Origin: Candidatus Hydrogenedentota bacterium
GTDB taxonomy: Bacteria > Hydrogenedentota > Hydrogenedentia > Hydrogenedentales > SLHB01
Reading direction: 5' to 3'
Length of the DNA: 64,000 nucleotides
Assembly (NCBI GenBank): GCA_963674865.2
Contig: CAXXYE010000006.1
Location: 32,001-96,000, forward strand
In this document: positions 1-10,616 of the stretch, piece by piece
How the letters are laid out: each line of letters begins with the position of its first letter
How positions within the stretch are numbered: position 1 is the first letter of the stretch
Notes under the pieces: generated by a model
Database searches by the model: none
Told to the model about the DNA's origin: nothing
Seen by the model: only the letters and a program-made list of their open reading frames with translations
Program-made: the position numbers and the translations under genes

Positions 1-443
1 ACGGCCCACGGTACATCGGTGGGCGTGCCATAGCAGCACCCGTTCAGAAAGCAACCGATCCGAGTGATGGCCTGCCCAAGTGCAAGGTACGGCGCGGCGA
101 TATCGCCCGCTTTGATGAGCGGAATCCTGCGCAGCAACAGGTGGATGGTCAAGGCCAGCAGGCCGCCTATCAAGCCACCGTAGTAGACCAACCCGCCTTC
201 CCAAATGAAGACAATCCGCCAAAGATAGCGTGCCTCGCTGTATTGGAGAATCCAGAAGGTCTTCGCGCCTATTAGCGCCCCAAGGTAGGCCCAGAGCCCG
301 GCGTGGGGCGTGAGCACGAAGCCCTCTCCTCTCACCCACGACTTCCTGCAGGCCAGCAGAGTGCAGCTGATGAAGGCCAGCGCCAGCATCACGGGATAGG
401 GATGCAGTTCCAGTCCGAGGATGTTTACCAAGACTGGACGCAT
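1..443 (-). CDS. lgt: Prolipoprotein diacylglyceryl transferase family protein (3' end outside window)
   Basis: Manual translation from ATG 443: MRPVLVNILG...IWEGGLVYYGGLIGG...ALGQAITRIGCFLNGCCYG, Lgt signature motifs; not in ORF track. Confidence 0.88.
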   Translation of the reverse strand, partial: MRPVLVNILGLELHPYPVMLALAFISCTLLACRKSWVRGEGFVLTPHAGLWAYLGALIGAKTFWILQYSEARYLWRIVFIWEGGLVYYGGLIGGLLALTIHLLLRRIPLIKAGDIAAPYLALGQAITRIGCFLNGCCYGTPTDVPWA

Positions 444-521
444 GGCATCTTACCTCTTGACCGTTGAAGACCCGCGAACGCCCCCTCCCGCCTTGCCACG
501 ACACGCGTCGACCGGGACGGA

Positions 522-1578
522 TCACGTGCGTGGATGAAGGGCTGACCGCACACCTTTCCTGCGGACCTGCGATCTACCTGCCACAAAAAGCATGGCTACA
601 AGCACAGCACTCACGGCAGCATCGGCGGATAGCCCCCGTCCGGGCAGGGGGCCTAGCGAGGCCACGGCAAGAGCTTTGCCGGCGCCGCGATGCCCCCTGT
701 CCGAAGCGCTGAACGCGCTTTGACAGCCATCCTCGCTCGCGGCCTTGACCCAGTAGTAATAGTAGATGTAAGAGGACTGAGCCCCTTGACAGCCGGAGCC
801 TCCACCATCGGTCGCCGGGGCTGCCGACGTATCGTCGTAAGACGTCGCCGTCAGCCAATCCGTCAACGGAGCGGCGGCGTTGATATCGCTGCTGAGGCCG
901 CGATAGACGCGGTACTCGGCGGGCACCAGAAACCGCGTCCCATTGCACTCGGATGTACTCATCGTACGTCCCGTCGGAGGCATCAATATTGGTGGGCGCA
1001 TCCGGGGCAACGCACGGATCGCCGATCCGGATCTGCCCGGGAACCACGGCAATTTCGAGCCGCTGCGGTGTATCTTCAGCCGAGGCCGCCGAAGCTTTCG
1101 AGCCCGTCAAACTCAGATACTCCCCCTCGGTGCCGGCAAGAATCCGGAAGGAGAGGGTCATCAAGACGCCATCGGGAATAGCATTGAAGTTCAAGCCCCA
1201 CACGGCGATCCCCAGATCCCCGTCACTCCGCAGATTGCCGGTGACGATCTTCTCAGCGGCGGTCGCCGCAGCCCCTTCATTGACATCAACGTATTCCAGC
1301 GCTGTCTCGTCATAGGATACGCGAAAGACAACGAGGGCCGGTCCCTCCGACTCCGACGCGACGCTAACGTCGACGTCGACCACATCGTCCACATGGCCGG
1401 CGGACGCACCCAACGTCAAGGTGACTTCGGTGCTCTGTTTGAGGGAGGTCGACGCCCCGAACGCCGGAGTCGGCACCACGTTCAACAACGTGGCCGTCAC
1501 GGCCAGGAGCATCACAGAGGGCGCTACGCCGTGTACGGAGCCTTTGCGAAAACCACCAGAGAGTAACTTCATCTTCAT
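522..1578 (-). pseudogene. Secreted cohesin-domain + FN3-like protein with C-terminal TM anchor, split by a +1 frameshift near 921-923
   Basis: ORF 574..1578 gives a signal peptide, a cohesin-like domain and PTNIDASDGTY..WDAVSGA; it continues as AEYRVYR..YYYWVKA..TM in ORF 522..1052; extra C in GGT GCC C GCC GAG. Confidence 0.75.
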
Positions 1579-1768
1579 GTTCGGTGCCTTTTTCGCCTGT
1601 CTGTGCTCAAGGAGCCGCGGGCCATTCGCAAACCCCGATAAATACAGAGGATAGGAGCCCTATCACTGTCCGGCAACGATATATTACGGGTCCGGGGCCT
1701 GTCAAGCAAAGGGCATGCAGATCCTTTGCGCGAGCTCAACATCGCATGCTACCATCAAACAACAAGGA

Positions 1769-3451
1769 ATGATACAAGTCACCTGTCCAAGCTGCGGTAT
1801 CCGGTTTCTTGTACCGTCTACGGTACAAGGGAGGTCAGGTATTTGTTTCGGGTGCGGCAAGAAGATCGTCATACCCGCCTTCTCTAAGCCCTTTCAAGAT
1901 AAAGATTTAACTTTCTCCGAGGGGGAGCGCATCTCGGATCGCTACGTCATCGCGGAGCGGATTGGCGCGGGCGGAATGGGTGTTGTCTACAAGGCCCACG
2001 ACAGCCTCGTGGGGGAAAACGTCGCGCTCAAATTCATGCGCCCCCGCCTCCTGATGACACAGAAAGGCCAACACCTGTTCATCCAGGAAGCACAGGTGGC
2101 CCGACGGCTCCGGCACGAAAGCATCGTAGCAGTCCATGACGTGAGCTTCACGAACGAAGGTATTTTGTACCTGTCGATGGAGTTCTTGAGAGGCCAATCA
2201 CTTCGCCGTCTACTGCAACGCCAGCGTCACGACAGAAAGCACATCGAGATTCGTTTCGCCATCGAAATCCTCTCCCAAGTACTCAACGCCTTGGACTATG
2301 CCCATCGAACGGTGGTTCACCGGGATATCAAGCCGGAGAACGTCATGATCCTCCCCGGAGAACACGTCAAGGTGCTCGATTTCGGCCTTGCCAAGGTCAT
2401 TGATGAGGCGGAAACGGAACCCCCGGCGCATTTGCGCAAGAAGGGCCGCGTGGTCGGCACCCTGGCCTACGCGGCCCCCGAACAGGCGATGCATAGGAAC
2501 GTTGATTCCCGAGCAGACATGTACGCCGTCGGCCTCCTCTTTAGAGAACTCATGACGCTGCGAACGCCCTTCGACGACCCCGTCGACGTTGCAGCCGTGC
2601 GCGATGACCTTTCGCCTTCCCTCCTTGCCGTACTCGAAAAAGCGCTACAACCTGAGAAGGAACGCCGCTGGCAATCGGCAGGGGAATTCCGCCGTGCCCT
2701 TCTACAGGGATTCCACGAGTCCTACCGCCAGGTCTCCGTGCCCAACAACACTGCCGGCCGTTCCCAGGAGGTCTCTACGAAGGACATGGTCCTCTTCCAA
2801 GGGGGAAGCTTTCTCATGGGCAACGGGGAGGTGCGGGAGGAGGCTCCCGAATTCGAGGCCCATGTCCGTCCGTTTTGTATGGACATCCACCCAGTGACGG
2901 TTGAGCAATATGGGGAGTTTCTCCGGGCGACGGGGCACCGCCAACCCAAGTTCTGGCGCAATCCGCAATACAATGGCCCTACGCAACCCGTGGTGGGAGT
3001 AACCTGGGCCGACGCCAACGCGTATGCCGCGTGGGCAGGAAAACGCTTGCCAACCGAGGCGCAGTGGGAATTCGCCGCGCGAGGGAAGGAAAACCGTCTC
3101 TATCCATGGGGAACCCTGGAGCCGGATAACACGCTCTGCAACTTCGGTGATTTCTTAAACATGCCCTCTATTGTCACCATGCACGAGAGCGGCGCCACAC
3201 CCGAAGGCATCCTCGACCTCGCCGGTAACGTATACGAATGGACGCTCGATCCGTTCGTCCCCTACGACACGACAAAAAAGGGGGCGCCGGCCGATTCGAA
3301 TTCCCCGCGCCGCACCGTTCGCGGTGGGTCGTGGCACTCGCCGGCCGACGATCTTCGATGCGCCCACCGACGCGGACTCTTCTGCGAGACCGAGTCGAAC
3401 CTCGTCGGATTTCGCTGCGTCCTACCCACTGAACAGGTCACCAGAGACTAG
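1769..3451 (+). CDS. Ser/Thr protein kinase with N-terminal Zn ribbon and C-terminal FGE-sulfatase (SUMF1) domain
   Basis: CPSC/CFGC; GAGGMGVVY, VALK, HRDIKPEN, DFG, APE; RLPTEAQWEFAARG, GNVYEW, RGGSW, GFRC; AAGGA before ATG 1769. Confidence 0.92.
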   Translation: MIQVTCPSCGIRFLVPSTVQGRSGICFGCGKKIVIPAFSKPFQDKDLTFSEGERISDRYVIAERIGAGGMGVVYKAHDSLVGENVALKFMRPRLLMTQKGQHLFIQEAQVARRLRHESIVAVHDVSFTNEGILYLSMEFLRGQSLRRLLQRQRHDRKHIEIRFAIEILSQVLNALDYAHRTVVHRDIKPENVMILPGEHVKVLDFGLAKVIDEAETEPPAHLRKKGRVVGTLAYAAPEQAMHRNVDSRADMYAVGLLFRELMTLRTPFDDPVDVAAVRDDLSPSLLAVLEKALQPEKERRWQSAGEFRRALLQGFHESYRQVSVPNNTAGRSQEVSTKDMVLFQGGSFLMGNGEVREEAPEFEAHVRPFCMDIHPVTVEQYGEFLRATGHRQPKFWRNPQYNGPTQPVVGVTWADANAYAAWAGKRLPTEAQWEFAARGKENRLYPWGTLEPDNTLCNFGDFLNMPSIVTMHESGATPEGILDLAGNVYEWTLDPFVPYDTTKKGAPADSNSPRRTVRGGSWHSPADDLRCAHRRGLFCETESNLVGFRCVLPTEQVTRD

Positions 3452-3504
3452 CGCCGGGGGCCGTCGCTTCGCACGAAGCCGAACCGCCGCTCCAGTAGTC
3501 GTAT

Positions 3505-3533
3505 TTGACAGAACCAGAGGGCGTTTTTATACT
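3505..3533 (+). promoter_or_regulatory. Sigma70-type promoter upstream of HNH-priA
   Basis: TTGACA-N17-TATACT. Confidence 0.7.
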
Positions 3534-3579
3534 GCGGTTGTCCCTGGCCCTGGCGGCACGAAGAAATGAGAGGCGCGAA

Positions 3580-4173
3580 ATGCTTGAGGGCAGCGTACTT
3601 GTACTGAACAAGTCATGGGTGGCGATTCACATCTCCACCGTACGCCGAGCCCTCGCCCTGCTCTATCAGGACTTGGCCCGCGCCGTCCATCCCACGGACT
3701 ACTCCCTCTACGACTTCGAGGATTGGTGCGAACTGTCGCAGGCGAACGACCGCGGCCGCTTCGTCCACACTCCGAGCTTCCGCATCCGGGTGCCCGAGGT
3801 CATCGTGCTAAAGGTTTTCAACGGATTTGTCCGGCATGAGGTCCGCTTCTCCCGGCGCAATATTTTCGAGCGGGACAACAACCGATGCCAGTACTGCGGG
3901 AGACGCCTACCGAAGTCGGAGTTGACCATCGACCACGTCGTCCCCCAGTCCCGCGGAGGCGGCGACACGTGGACTAATCTCGTGTTGGCCTGCGTAGGGT
4001 GCAACGTCAGAAAGGCCAACCGAACGCCAGCAGAGGCAGGTATGCCCCTTATCAAGGAGCCGGTGAAGCCGAACTGGCTCCCGCGGCTTGGGGCGCGTAT
4101 ACCCAGCAACCAGATCATCAGTTGGCAGCGCTTCGTCGACACCGCCTACTGGGACGTCGAACTGCGAGAATAG
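3580..4173 (+). CDS. HNH endonuclease (McrA-like family)
   Basis: VLVLN, FSRRNIFERD, CQYCG, TIDHVVP, NLVLACVGCNVRK. Confidence 0.9.
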   Translation: MLEGSVLVLNKSWVAIHISTVRRALALLYQDLARAVHPTDYSLYDFEDWCELSQANDRGRFVHTPSFRIRVPEVIVLKVFNGFVRHEVRFSRRNIFERDNNRCQYCGRRLPKSELTIDHVVPQSRGGGDTWTNLVLACVGCNVRKANRTPAEAGMPLIKEPVKPNWLPRLGARIPSNQIISWQRFVDTAYWDVELRE

Positions 4174-4177
4174 AAGC

Positions 4178-6637
4178 ATGCCAGGCCGCAGTTTTGCGGA
4201 CGTTGTACTGCCTCTTCCCATCGACCAGGCGTTTACGTACCGAGTCCCCGAAAGTCTCTCCGAACGTGTCGCACCCGGAATGCGCGCCGTGGTTCCGGTG
4301 CAGAAGCGGGTGGAGACGGGATACGTCGTCGCCGTACACGCCTCCTCGACCTTCCCGCGCATCCGCAGCCTGATCGACCTGCCCGATAGCCGGCCCGTCT
4401 TCTCGGAAGATATGCTCGACTTATGCCGATGGTTGGCCGACTATTATTGCTGCTCCTGGGGCGAGGCACTGCATTGCGCGGTGCCGGCGGGACTGCACAT
4501 CCGCAGCAAGATGCGCTACACATTGCTCCAAGATCAGATCACCGCAGGGCGATTCACGGATAGGCAGCGTCGAGTCATCGCAGCACTTTACCACCGCGGC
4601 CCGATGACGGAGGCCGCGTTGGCGCGGGCCGTTGGCCGGGGCGCATTGAGTTCCACCCTCCAGTCGCTCACCTCACGGGGCATCTTGTTGGCCGAGCCCG
4701 TCATTGGCGCGTCACCCGGCGCCTCTATACAGACGGAAACCTATGTGCAGCTTGTGGAATCCAGCGTGCCCGATGCATCAGGATTGGCCGCCCTACAGCG
4801 GCGCGCGCCGAAGCAGGCGGCCGTGTACCTCGACTTGCTCCACGGTGAGCCGGAACGCCTTGCCTCTGCCCTGTATGAGAAACACCAGGCCAACTCCGGC
4901 ATCATCCGCGCCCTCGAGAATAGGGGCCTCGTAGCGCGTGTCGAACGCGACATCTATCGGACGCCCGATTTCGAGGCCGACGCCAACGCACGCACCAAGC
5001 TCCAGCTCAATGACGAGCAGAGCGCCGCCTACGAGGCGATCGTGAGCCCGATGGCGTCGGGTGAATTTCAGACGATCCTCGTGCAAGGCATCACGGGCTC
5101 AGGAAAAACCGAGGTATATCTCCAGGCTATCGAACACGCCCTCAGCCTGGGCCGCGCCGCCATCATACTTGTGCCGGAGATCTCGCTCACGCCGCAGACG
5201 GTGGGGCGTTTCAAGGCGCGGTTTCATGAGCGGATCGCAGTCTTGCACAGCGCCCTTGCCGCGGGCGAACGCTACGATGAGTGGCGGCGCACACAGGAAG
5301 GACAGGTGCGGATCGTCGTGGGGGCGCGCTCGGCCGTTTTCGCCCCGTTGGCCGACCTTGGCATCATCGTGGTGGATGAGGAGCACGACACCTCCTACAA
5401 ACAGGCGGACGTGCCGCGATACCACGCGCGCGATGTAGCCATCATGCGCGCGAAGATGAGCAACGCGGTGTGCGTGCTTGGCTCGGCGACGCCTTCCGTC
5501 GAGTCGTATCACAACAGCGAGCGCGGCAAGTCGGCGCGCCTTGAGCTGAAGCGGCGGGCCACAAATGCCCGCTTGCCCAAAGTGCGTCTCGTAGACATGC
5601 GCGAGGAGGCCAGGGAGGTCAGCGGGCAACTCCTCCTTTCGCGCGCGCTCGAGCACGCCGTCAAGAAGCGCGTCGATGCCGGCGAGCAGGTGCTGCTGCT
5701 GCTCAACCGCCGTGGCTTCTCGCCGTTTGTGCTCTGCCCGCAATGCGGCTGGGTCGCCATGTGCAAGGATTGTCAGGTGACGATGACGTATCACGCCAAA
5801 GGCGCGTTTCTCAGTTGCCATTACTGCAACGGCCGCCGGGAGGTGCCGCAGGTGTGCGACTCATGTTACTTCAATCCGCTGCTCTTCCTCGGAACAGGCA
5901 CGCAGAAAGTCGAGGACATTCTGGCACGCACGTTTCCCGCGGCGCGTATCGAACGCATGGACGCCGATACAACGGCAGGCAAGGGCGGCCACGCCAAGAT
6001 TCTCGGCCGCCTCGCCGCCGGAGAGATTGACATCCTTATCGGCACGCAGATGATCGCCAAGGGCCACGATTATCCCGGCGTAACTCTCGTCGGGGTGATT
6101 AATGCAGACACAGGACTTCGCGTCCCCGACTTTCGCGCCGCCGAGAACACCTTCCAGTTGCTTACGCAGGTAGGCGGCCGCGCGGGACGGGGCGAACGCG
6201 ACGGCGAGGTCATTGTTCAAACCTACCATCCCAATCATTACGCCGTGCGCGCTGCTGCCCGACACGACTTTGGGGCCTTTTATGGCCACGAGATCACCGA
6301 ACGGCAGGCCGCGGGATATCCTCCCTTCCGCCGGATGGCAAATCTCGCCGTAGAGGCTGAGGATCCGCTCCTAGCCGAGCGGGCGGCCGCGGCCCTCCAT
6401 CACGTCGTCAGGGAGCAGCGTGACGCTCTGGATTTCCGCGGGGTGGAACTCCTGGGGCCCGCGCCCGCCACGGTGCAGCGCGTCAAGCGGAAATACCGCT
6501 GGAATCTGGCCATTCTGTCGAAAAGCGCCTCGCGCTTGAACACGCTCGCCCGCCGCACAAGGGAAGTCTTCGGCAAGCTCCCTCAGGCGGCGCGGGTCCA
6601 ACTCAAGATCGACCTGGACCCCTACGGGATGTTCTGA
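4178..6637 (+). CDS. priA: Primosomal protein N' (helicase)
   Basis: GITGSGKTEVY, VPEISLTPQ, DEEH, LNRRGF, two Zn fingers, GTQMIAKG, IDLDP. Confidence 0.97.
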   Translation: MPGRSFADVVLPLPIDQAFTYRVPESLSERVAPGMRAVVPVQKRVETGYVVAVHASSTFPRIRSLIDLPDSRPVFSEDMLDLCRWLADYYCCSWGEALHCAVPAGLHIRSKMRYTLLQDQITAGRFTDRQRRVIAALYHRGPMTEAALARAVGRGALSSTLQSLTSRGILLAEPVIGASPGASIQTETYVQLVESSVPDASGLAALQRRAPKQAAVYLDLLHGEPERLASALYEKHQANSGIIRALENRGLVARVERDIYRTPDFEADANARTKLQLNDEQSAAYEAIVSPMASGEFQTILVQGITGSGKTEVYLQAIEHALSLGRAAIILVPEISLTPQTVGRFKARFHERIAVLHSALAAGERYDEWRRTQEGQVRIVVGARSAVFAPLADLGIIVVDEEHDTSYKQADVPRYHARDVAIMRAKMSNAVCVLGSATPSVESYHNSERGKSARLELKRRATNARLPKVRLVDMREEAREVSGQLLLSRALEHAVKKRVDAGEQVLLLLNRRGFSPFVLCPQCGWVAMCKDCQVTMTYHAKGAFLSCHYCNGRREVPQVCDSCYFNPLLFLGTGTQKVEDILARTFPAARIERMDADTTAGKGGHAKILGRLAAGEIDILIGTQMIAKGHDYPGVTLVGVINADTGLRVPDFRAAENTFQLLTQVGGRAGRGERDGEVIVQTYHPNHYAVRAAARHDFGAFYGHEITERQAAGYPPFRRMANLAVEAEDPLLAERAAAALHHVVREQRDALDFRGVELLGPAPATVQRVKRKYRWNLAILSKSASRLNTLARRTREVFGKLPQAARVQLKIDLDPYGMF

Positions 6638-6764
6638 GCCGATACCGTCAAGTGTCCGGGAAGATTGGGTTGTCAAAACGTTGGAATTGTCTCAGGGGCG
6701 TGGTAGAATCCCGCCCGTTTGCGTGAGGAAACAGCATTTTCGAGATCGATTCAGGGAGGGATTC

Positions 6765-7169
6765 ATGACAAGGCACTGGCTTATCACGATAGGATGCATG
6801 GTGCTCTTGGCGCTATCGGCGTGCTCGAAATCATCCAGCACCGCCGCACCGCCGGAGACGCCTGCCCCCCAAGCTCAGGCCGTCGAGAGTGTCCAGGCCC
6901 AGCCAGAATCGCAGGACACGGCCAGCCTCGCGGGCACATCTTGGCAGTGGGGTGATTATGAGGTCACCTTCAAGGATGCTACGTCCTTCCACATCCAAGG
7001 CGGCGAGCTAAGGGACATGGCGCCGGACGGCGTCGCGGGCACGTATGCAATCGAGGATGGTGACGTCGGAACGAAGGCTCTCACCTTCACCGTTTTGGAT
7101 CAGATCAAGACGGGCACGTGGGACGGCGAAAACCTTGTTGTTGAAAAAGAGGCGGCCGTCCGCCAGTGA
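6765..7169 (+). CDS. Putative lipoprotein
   Basis: RBS GGAGG; signal peptide with LSAC lipobox; Pro/Ala linker. Confidence 0.75.
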   Translation: MTRHWLITIGCMVLLALSACSKSSSTAAPPETPAPQAQAVESVQAQPESQDTASLAGTSWQWGDYEVTFKDATSFHIQGGELRDMAPDGVAGTYAIEDGDVGTKALTFTVLDQIKTGTWDGENLVVEKEAAVRQ

Positions 7170-7315
7170 TCCGTTGTTCACGTTGCTGATGGTTTTGCGG
7201 GGGATCCCGGCCACATTGAGACCGCGATCCTCCGCTTTTGTTGTAGAAAGCGCGGGCCGTTTGGGCAACTGACGGCTCATCCCCGCCCCAAGAAGGGCGG
7301 AAAGAGGTAGAACTC

Positions 7316-10300
7316 ATGGCAGGTTTCGAGGCAGAACGCACTATTCTGGGATATCAGTTGCAGGCACGGTTGAAGGAGATTGAGGAAACCATTTACAGCG
7401 CACGCCAACCCATCGGCGGCATCGAAGCATGCGTAACGGGGCCTGGCAAAGGGCCCGAACGCGCGCCCAAGTCGGGCTGGAAGCCCTTCAAGGTACACGA
7501 TCGCTGGGGCGGCTTCGATCAAACGACATGGTTCCGGATGAAAGTACGCGTGCCCGCCTCCATGAAAGGACACCGCGTTGTGGCGCTTGTCCGGCCATGC
7601 GGTGAATCCCTCGCGTATATCGACGGCAAGCCCGTTCAAGGTTTAGATCGCAACCGGGATGAACTCTATCTGACGGAGAAGGCCCGGGGAGGCGAGACGT
7701 TCGAGATCGTCCTCGAGTCCGTTCCCAGCGTACGCTTCGACGAGTACCACTACTTCGAGCACGCCGACCTCGTCGTAATGCATCCCACGGCATGGGATTT
7801 CTGGTGGGATTGCAGCGTGATCATGGACGTGCTGGAAGTCCTTCCCACCACCGACACCGCCTACCCTCGTCTCCAGGATCTGCTGAACCGGGCAATGAAG
7901 TCGGTTGATCTCCAGCACAAGAACGAACCTGCCTATTGGACTTCTCTCCAGAAGGCCCGGCAACTGCTCCAAGCAGGCCTGAAGGATTTTGAGGCGCCGC
8001 CGGGCGCGGGCCGACTGACGGTTACCGGCCAATCACATATCGACACGGCGTGGCTATGGCCGCTGCGCGAGACGCGCCGGAAGTGCGGCCGCACCTTCTC
8101 GACGGCCCTCACGCTCCTGGATCGCTATCCGGAGTTCGTGTTCATGGCCAGTCAGCCGGTGCAGTTCGAGTGGATGAAGAAGGAGTATCCCGAGCAGTTC
8201 CGGCGTGTCAAGCGCCACGTCAAGTCAGGCCAGTGGGAGCCGCTCGGCGCGATGTGGGTGGAGTGCGACTGTAATGTCCCGTCCGGTGAGGCATTCGTGC
8301 GGCAGCTGCTCTTCGGAAACCGGTTCTGGCGAAAAGAGTTCGGCGTGCACAGCCGGACGGCTTGGCTGCCCGACACCTTCGGTGATTCGTGGTCGCTGCC
8401 CCAGATTCTCAAGAAGGCGCAAGTGGACACGTTCGTCACTACCAAACTCACCTGGAGCCAGTTCAACCGCCCTGCGCACTCCGTGTGGCAGTGGGAAGGC
8501 ACGGACGGCACCCGCATTCTGGCCATGCACCCTTACCACAATTACAACGGCTTGATGCGGATCCAGCAGGCCGTCGAACAATGGGACAACTTCAAGCAGA
8601 AGGATCTGATCGACGAGTGCCCCTACCCGGCCGGCCACGGGGACGGCGGCGGCGGGCCGACGATGAAGATAATCGAGCGCGGCAAACGCCTCGGAAACAT
8701 CGTCGGCGTGCCGCAGTGCTCGTTCGGGCGCATGCAGGACTCGATTGATCGGATGGCCGCGCAGTGCGACTTCGGCGCCCTGCCCCGCTGGAATGACGAG
8801 TTGTATCTCGAGCTGCACCGTGGATGCCAAACGACCCAGGCTCGGACGAAGCGCAATAATCGGAAATGCGAGCTCCTCCTCCGCGATGCCGAGTTCTTCA
8901 ACAGCCTCGCCTTGCTCGACGGCGGCAAATATGATCAGAAGAACCTGGAGGAAGCGTGGAAGATCGTCTTGACGAACCAATTCCACGACATCCTGCCCGG
9001 TTCATCCATCACCGAGGTCTACGCACAAGCCGACATCGATTACGCCGAAGCCAAGGAGATGGCCAATACCGCGATGCGCGCCGCCCTGGAGCGGCTGAGC
9101 GGCCGGATCGACGCAGGCGGCGAGGGTGTGTCCATCGTTGTTTTCAATACGCTCTCGTGGGAGCGCTGCGATGTGGTTCGCGCCCAGGCATCTCTCCCGA
9201 AGGGCGCTTTCCACGTGCTCGACGCCCAAGGCAATCCAGTGCCATGCCAGAGGATCGGCCGTGATGAACTCGTGTTTCTTGCGAACGACTTGCCCCCGCT
9301 AGGCTACGCGGTTTACCGCATCCTGCCAGGCACCGTTGAAGCGTCTCCGGAGGGGGGGCTCAAAGCCAAGGCGTCCGGCATGGAGAACGACTATGTCCGC
9401 GTCCGGTTCGACAAGAAGGGCCGGTTGAGCAGCGTTTACGACAAAGTCAACCGACGCGAGGTGCTTCCGAAGGGAGAGGCGGCCAACGTGCTCCAGTTGT
9501 TCGATGATCGCCCCGGCCGGAATGACGCTTGGGACATCGACCACAATTTTGACGAGATCATGTGGGAGCCGGCCGCGCCGGAATCGGTCGACGTGGTCGA
9601 GGAGGGGCCGGTTCGGGCCGTCGTGCGCATGGTGCGCAAGACGGAGCGCAGCACCATCACGCAGGACATCGTCCTGCACGCCCACTCGCCGCGCATTGAT
9701 TTCGTGACGAATGTGGACTGGCATGAGAAGCGCGTCCTCATGAAGGTCGCCTTCCCGGTGGATGTTCGAGCAAGCCAGGCCACCTACGAAATCCAGTTCG
9801 GCAGCATCGAGCGGCCCACGCATCATAACACCACGTACGACCGCGCCCGGTTCGAGGTCACGGGGCACAAGTGGGCGGACTTGTCCGAAGGCGACTACGG
9901 TGCGAGCCTGCTCAACGACTGCAAGTACGGCTACGACGTCAAGGATAATGTCCTGCGCCTGTCGCTCCTTCGCTCTCCCGTCATGCCCGACGAGACGGCC
10001 GACGAAGGGCTTCAGGAATTCACGTATTCCCTCTTCCCTCATACCGGCGACTGGCGTCACGGCGCCGTGCAGCAAGGCTACGAACTCAACTGCCCGGTGG
10101 TGGCGGTGCAGGGAGGCAACGGGCAGGGCCGCCTAGCCTCCACCGCATCGTTCGCCAGTGTCGACACAGATCATGTGGTGATTGACACCGTCAAGCGCCA
10201 TGAGGACTCCAGCGCCCTCATTGTCCGGTTATACGAAGCGCTGGGCCAGCGCGGGCCCGTCACACTGACCTTCGGCCACACTCCCAAGAAGATCAGCGAA

Positions 10301-10405
10301 TGCGACCTCATGGAAGAGAATGACATACCGGCCAAACTGCACGGCGAGAAGGTGAAGTTCTACATCAAGCCTTACGAGATCCGCACGTTCAAAGTCTCGT
10401 TCTGA
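7316..10405 (+). CDS. Alpha-mannosidase, GH38
   Basis: SHIDTAWLWP, WLPDTFG, GHGDGGGGPT, ELYLELHRG, QFHDILPGS, LSLLR, PYEIRT. Confidence 0.95.
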   Translation: MAGFEAERTILGYQLQARLKEIEETIYSARQPIGGIEACVTGPGKGPERAPKSGWKPFKVHDRWGGFDQTTWFRMKVRVPASMKGHRVVALVRPCGESLAYIDGKPVQGLDRNRDELYLTEKARGGETFEIVLESVPSVRFDEYHYFEHADLVVMHPTAWDFWWDCSVIMDVLEVLPTTDTAYPRLQDLLNRAMKSVDLQHKNEPAYWTSLQKARQLLQAGLKDFEAPPGAGRLTVTGQSHIDTAWLWPLRETRRKCGRTFSTALTLLDRYPEFVFMASQPVQFEWMKKEYPEQFRRVKRHVKSGQWEPLGAMWVECDCNVPSGEAFVRQLLFGNRFWRKEFGVHSRTAWLPDTFGDSWSLPQILKKAQVDTFVTTKLTWSQFNRPAHSVWQWEGTDGTRILAMHPYHNYNGLMRIQQAVEQWDNFKQKDLIDECPYPAGHGDGGGGPTMKIIERGKRLGNIVGVPQCSFGRMQDSIDRMAAQCDFGALPRWNDELYLELHRGCQTTQARTKRNNRKCELLLRDAEFFNSLALLDGGKYDQKNLEEAWKIVLTNQFHDILPGSSITEVYAQADIDYAEAKEMANTAMRAALERLSGRIDAGGEGVSIVVFNTLSWERCDVVRAQASLPKGAFHVLDAQGNPVPCQRIGRDELVFLANDLPPLGYAVYRILPGTVEASPEGGLKAKASGMENDYVRVRFDKKGRLSSVYDKVNRREVLPKGEAANVLQLFDDRPGRNDAWDIDHNFDEIMWEPAAPESVDVVEEGPVRAVVRMVRKTERSTITQDIVLHAHSPRIDFVTNVDWHEKRVLMKVAFPVDVRASQATYEIQFGSIERPTHHNTTYDRARFEVTGHKWADLSEGDYGASLLNDCKYGYDVKDNVLRLSLLRSPVMPDETADEGLQEFTYSLFPHTGDWRHGAVQQGYELNCPVVAVQGGNGQGRLASTASFASVDTDHVVIDTVKRHEDSSALIVRLYEALGQRGPVTLTFGHTPKKISECDLMEENDIPAKLHGEKVKFYIKPYEIRTFKVSF

Positions 10406-10491
10406 CGTCTCACGAGAGGATAGCCCCGGCCTGCGGGGCCGTCGCTAACGAATAAATCCGAGGTGTTGGGTGTATCGTGTGCATCGTCGCG

Positions 10492-10525
10492 AAGAGCGCG
10501 GCCCTCTTTAGAGGGCCGCGCTCTT
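10492..10525. terminator. Perfect 16-bp inverted repeat, likely terminator after GH38 gene
   Basis: aagagcgcggccctct-tt-agagggccgcgctctt; only a short T tail. Confidence 0.55.
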
Positions 10526-10616
10526 GTCGGTATCCACCAGTGTGAAGCCGGGCGCCGTGCTATGATACGCATGGTTTCCGCGCTGACTCTTTGGGAAGAA
10601 ACCGGGAGGGGGAAAG

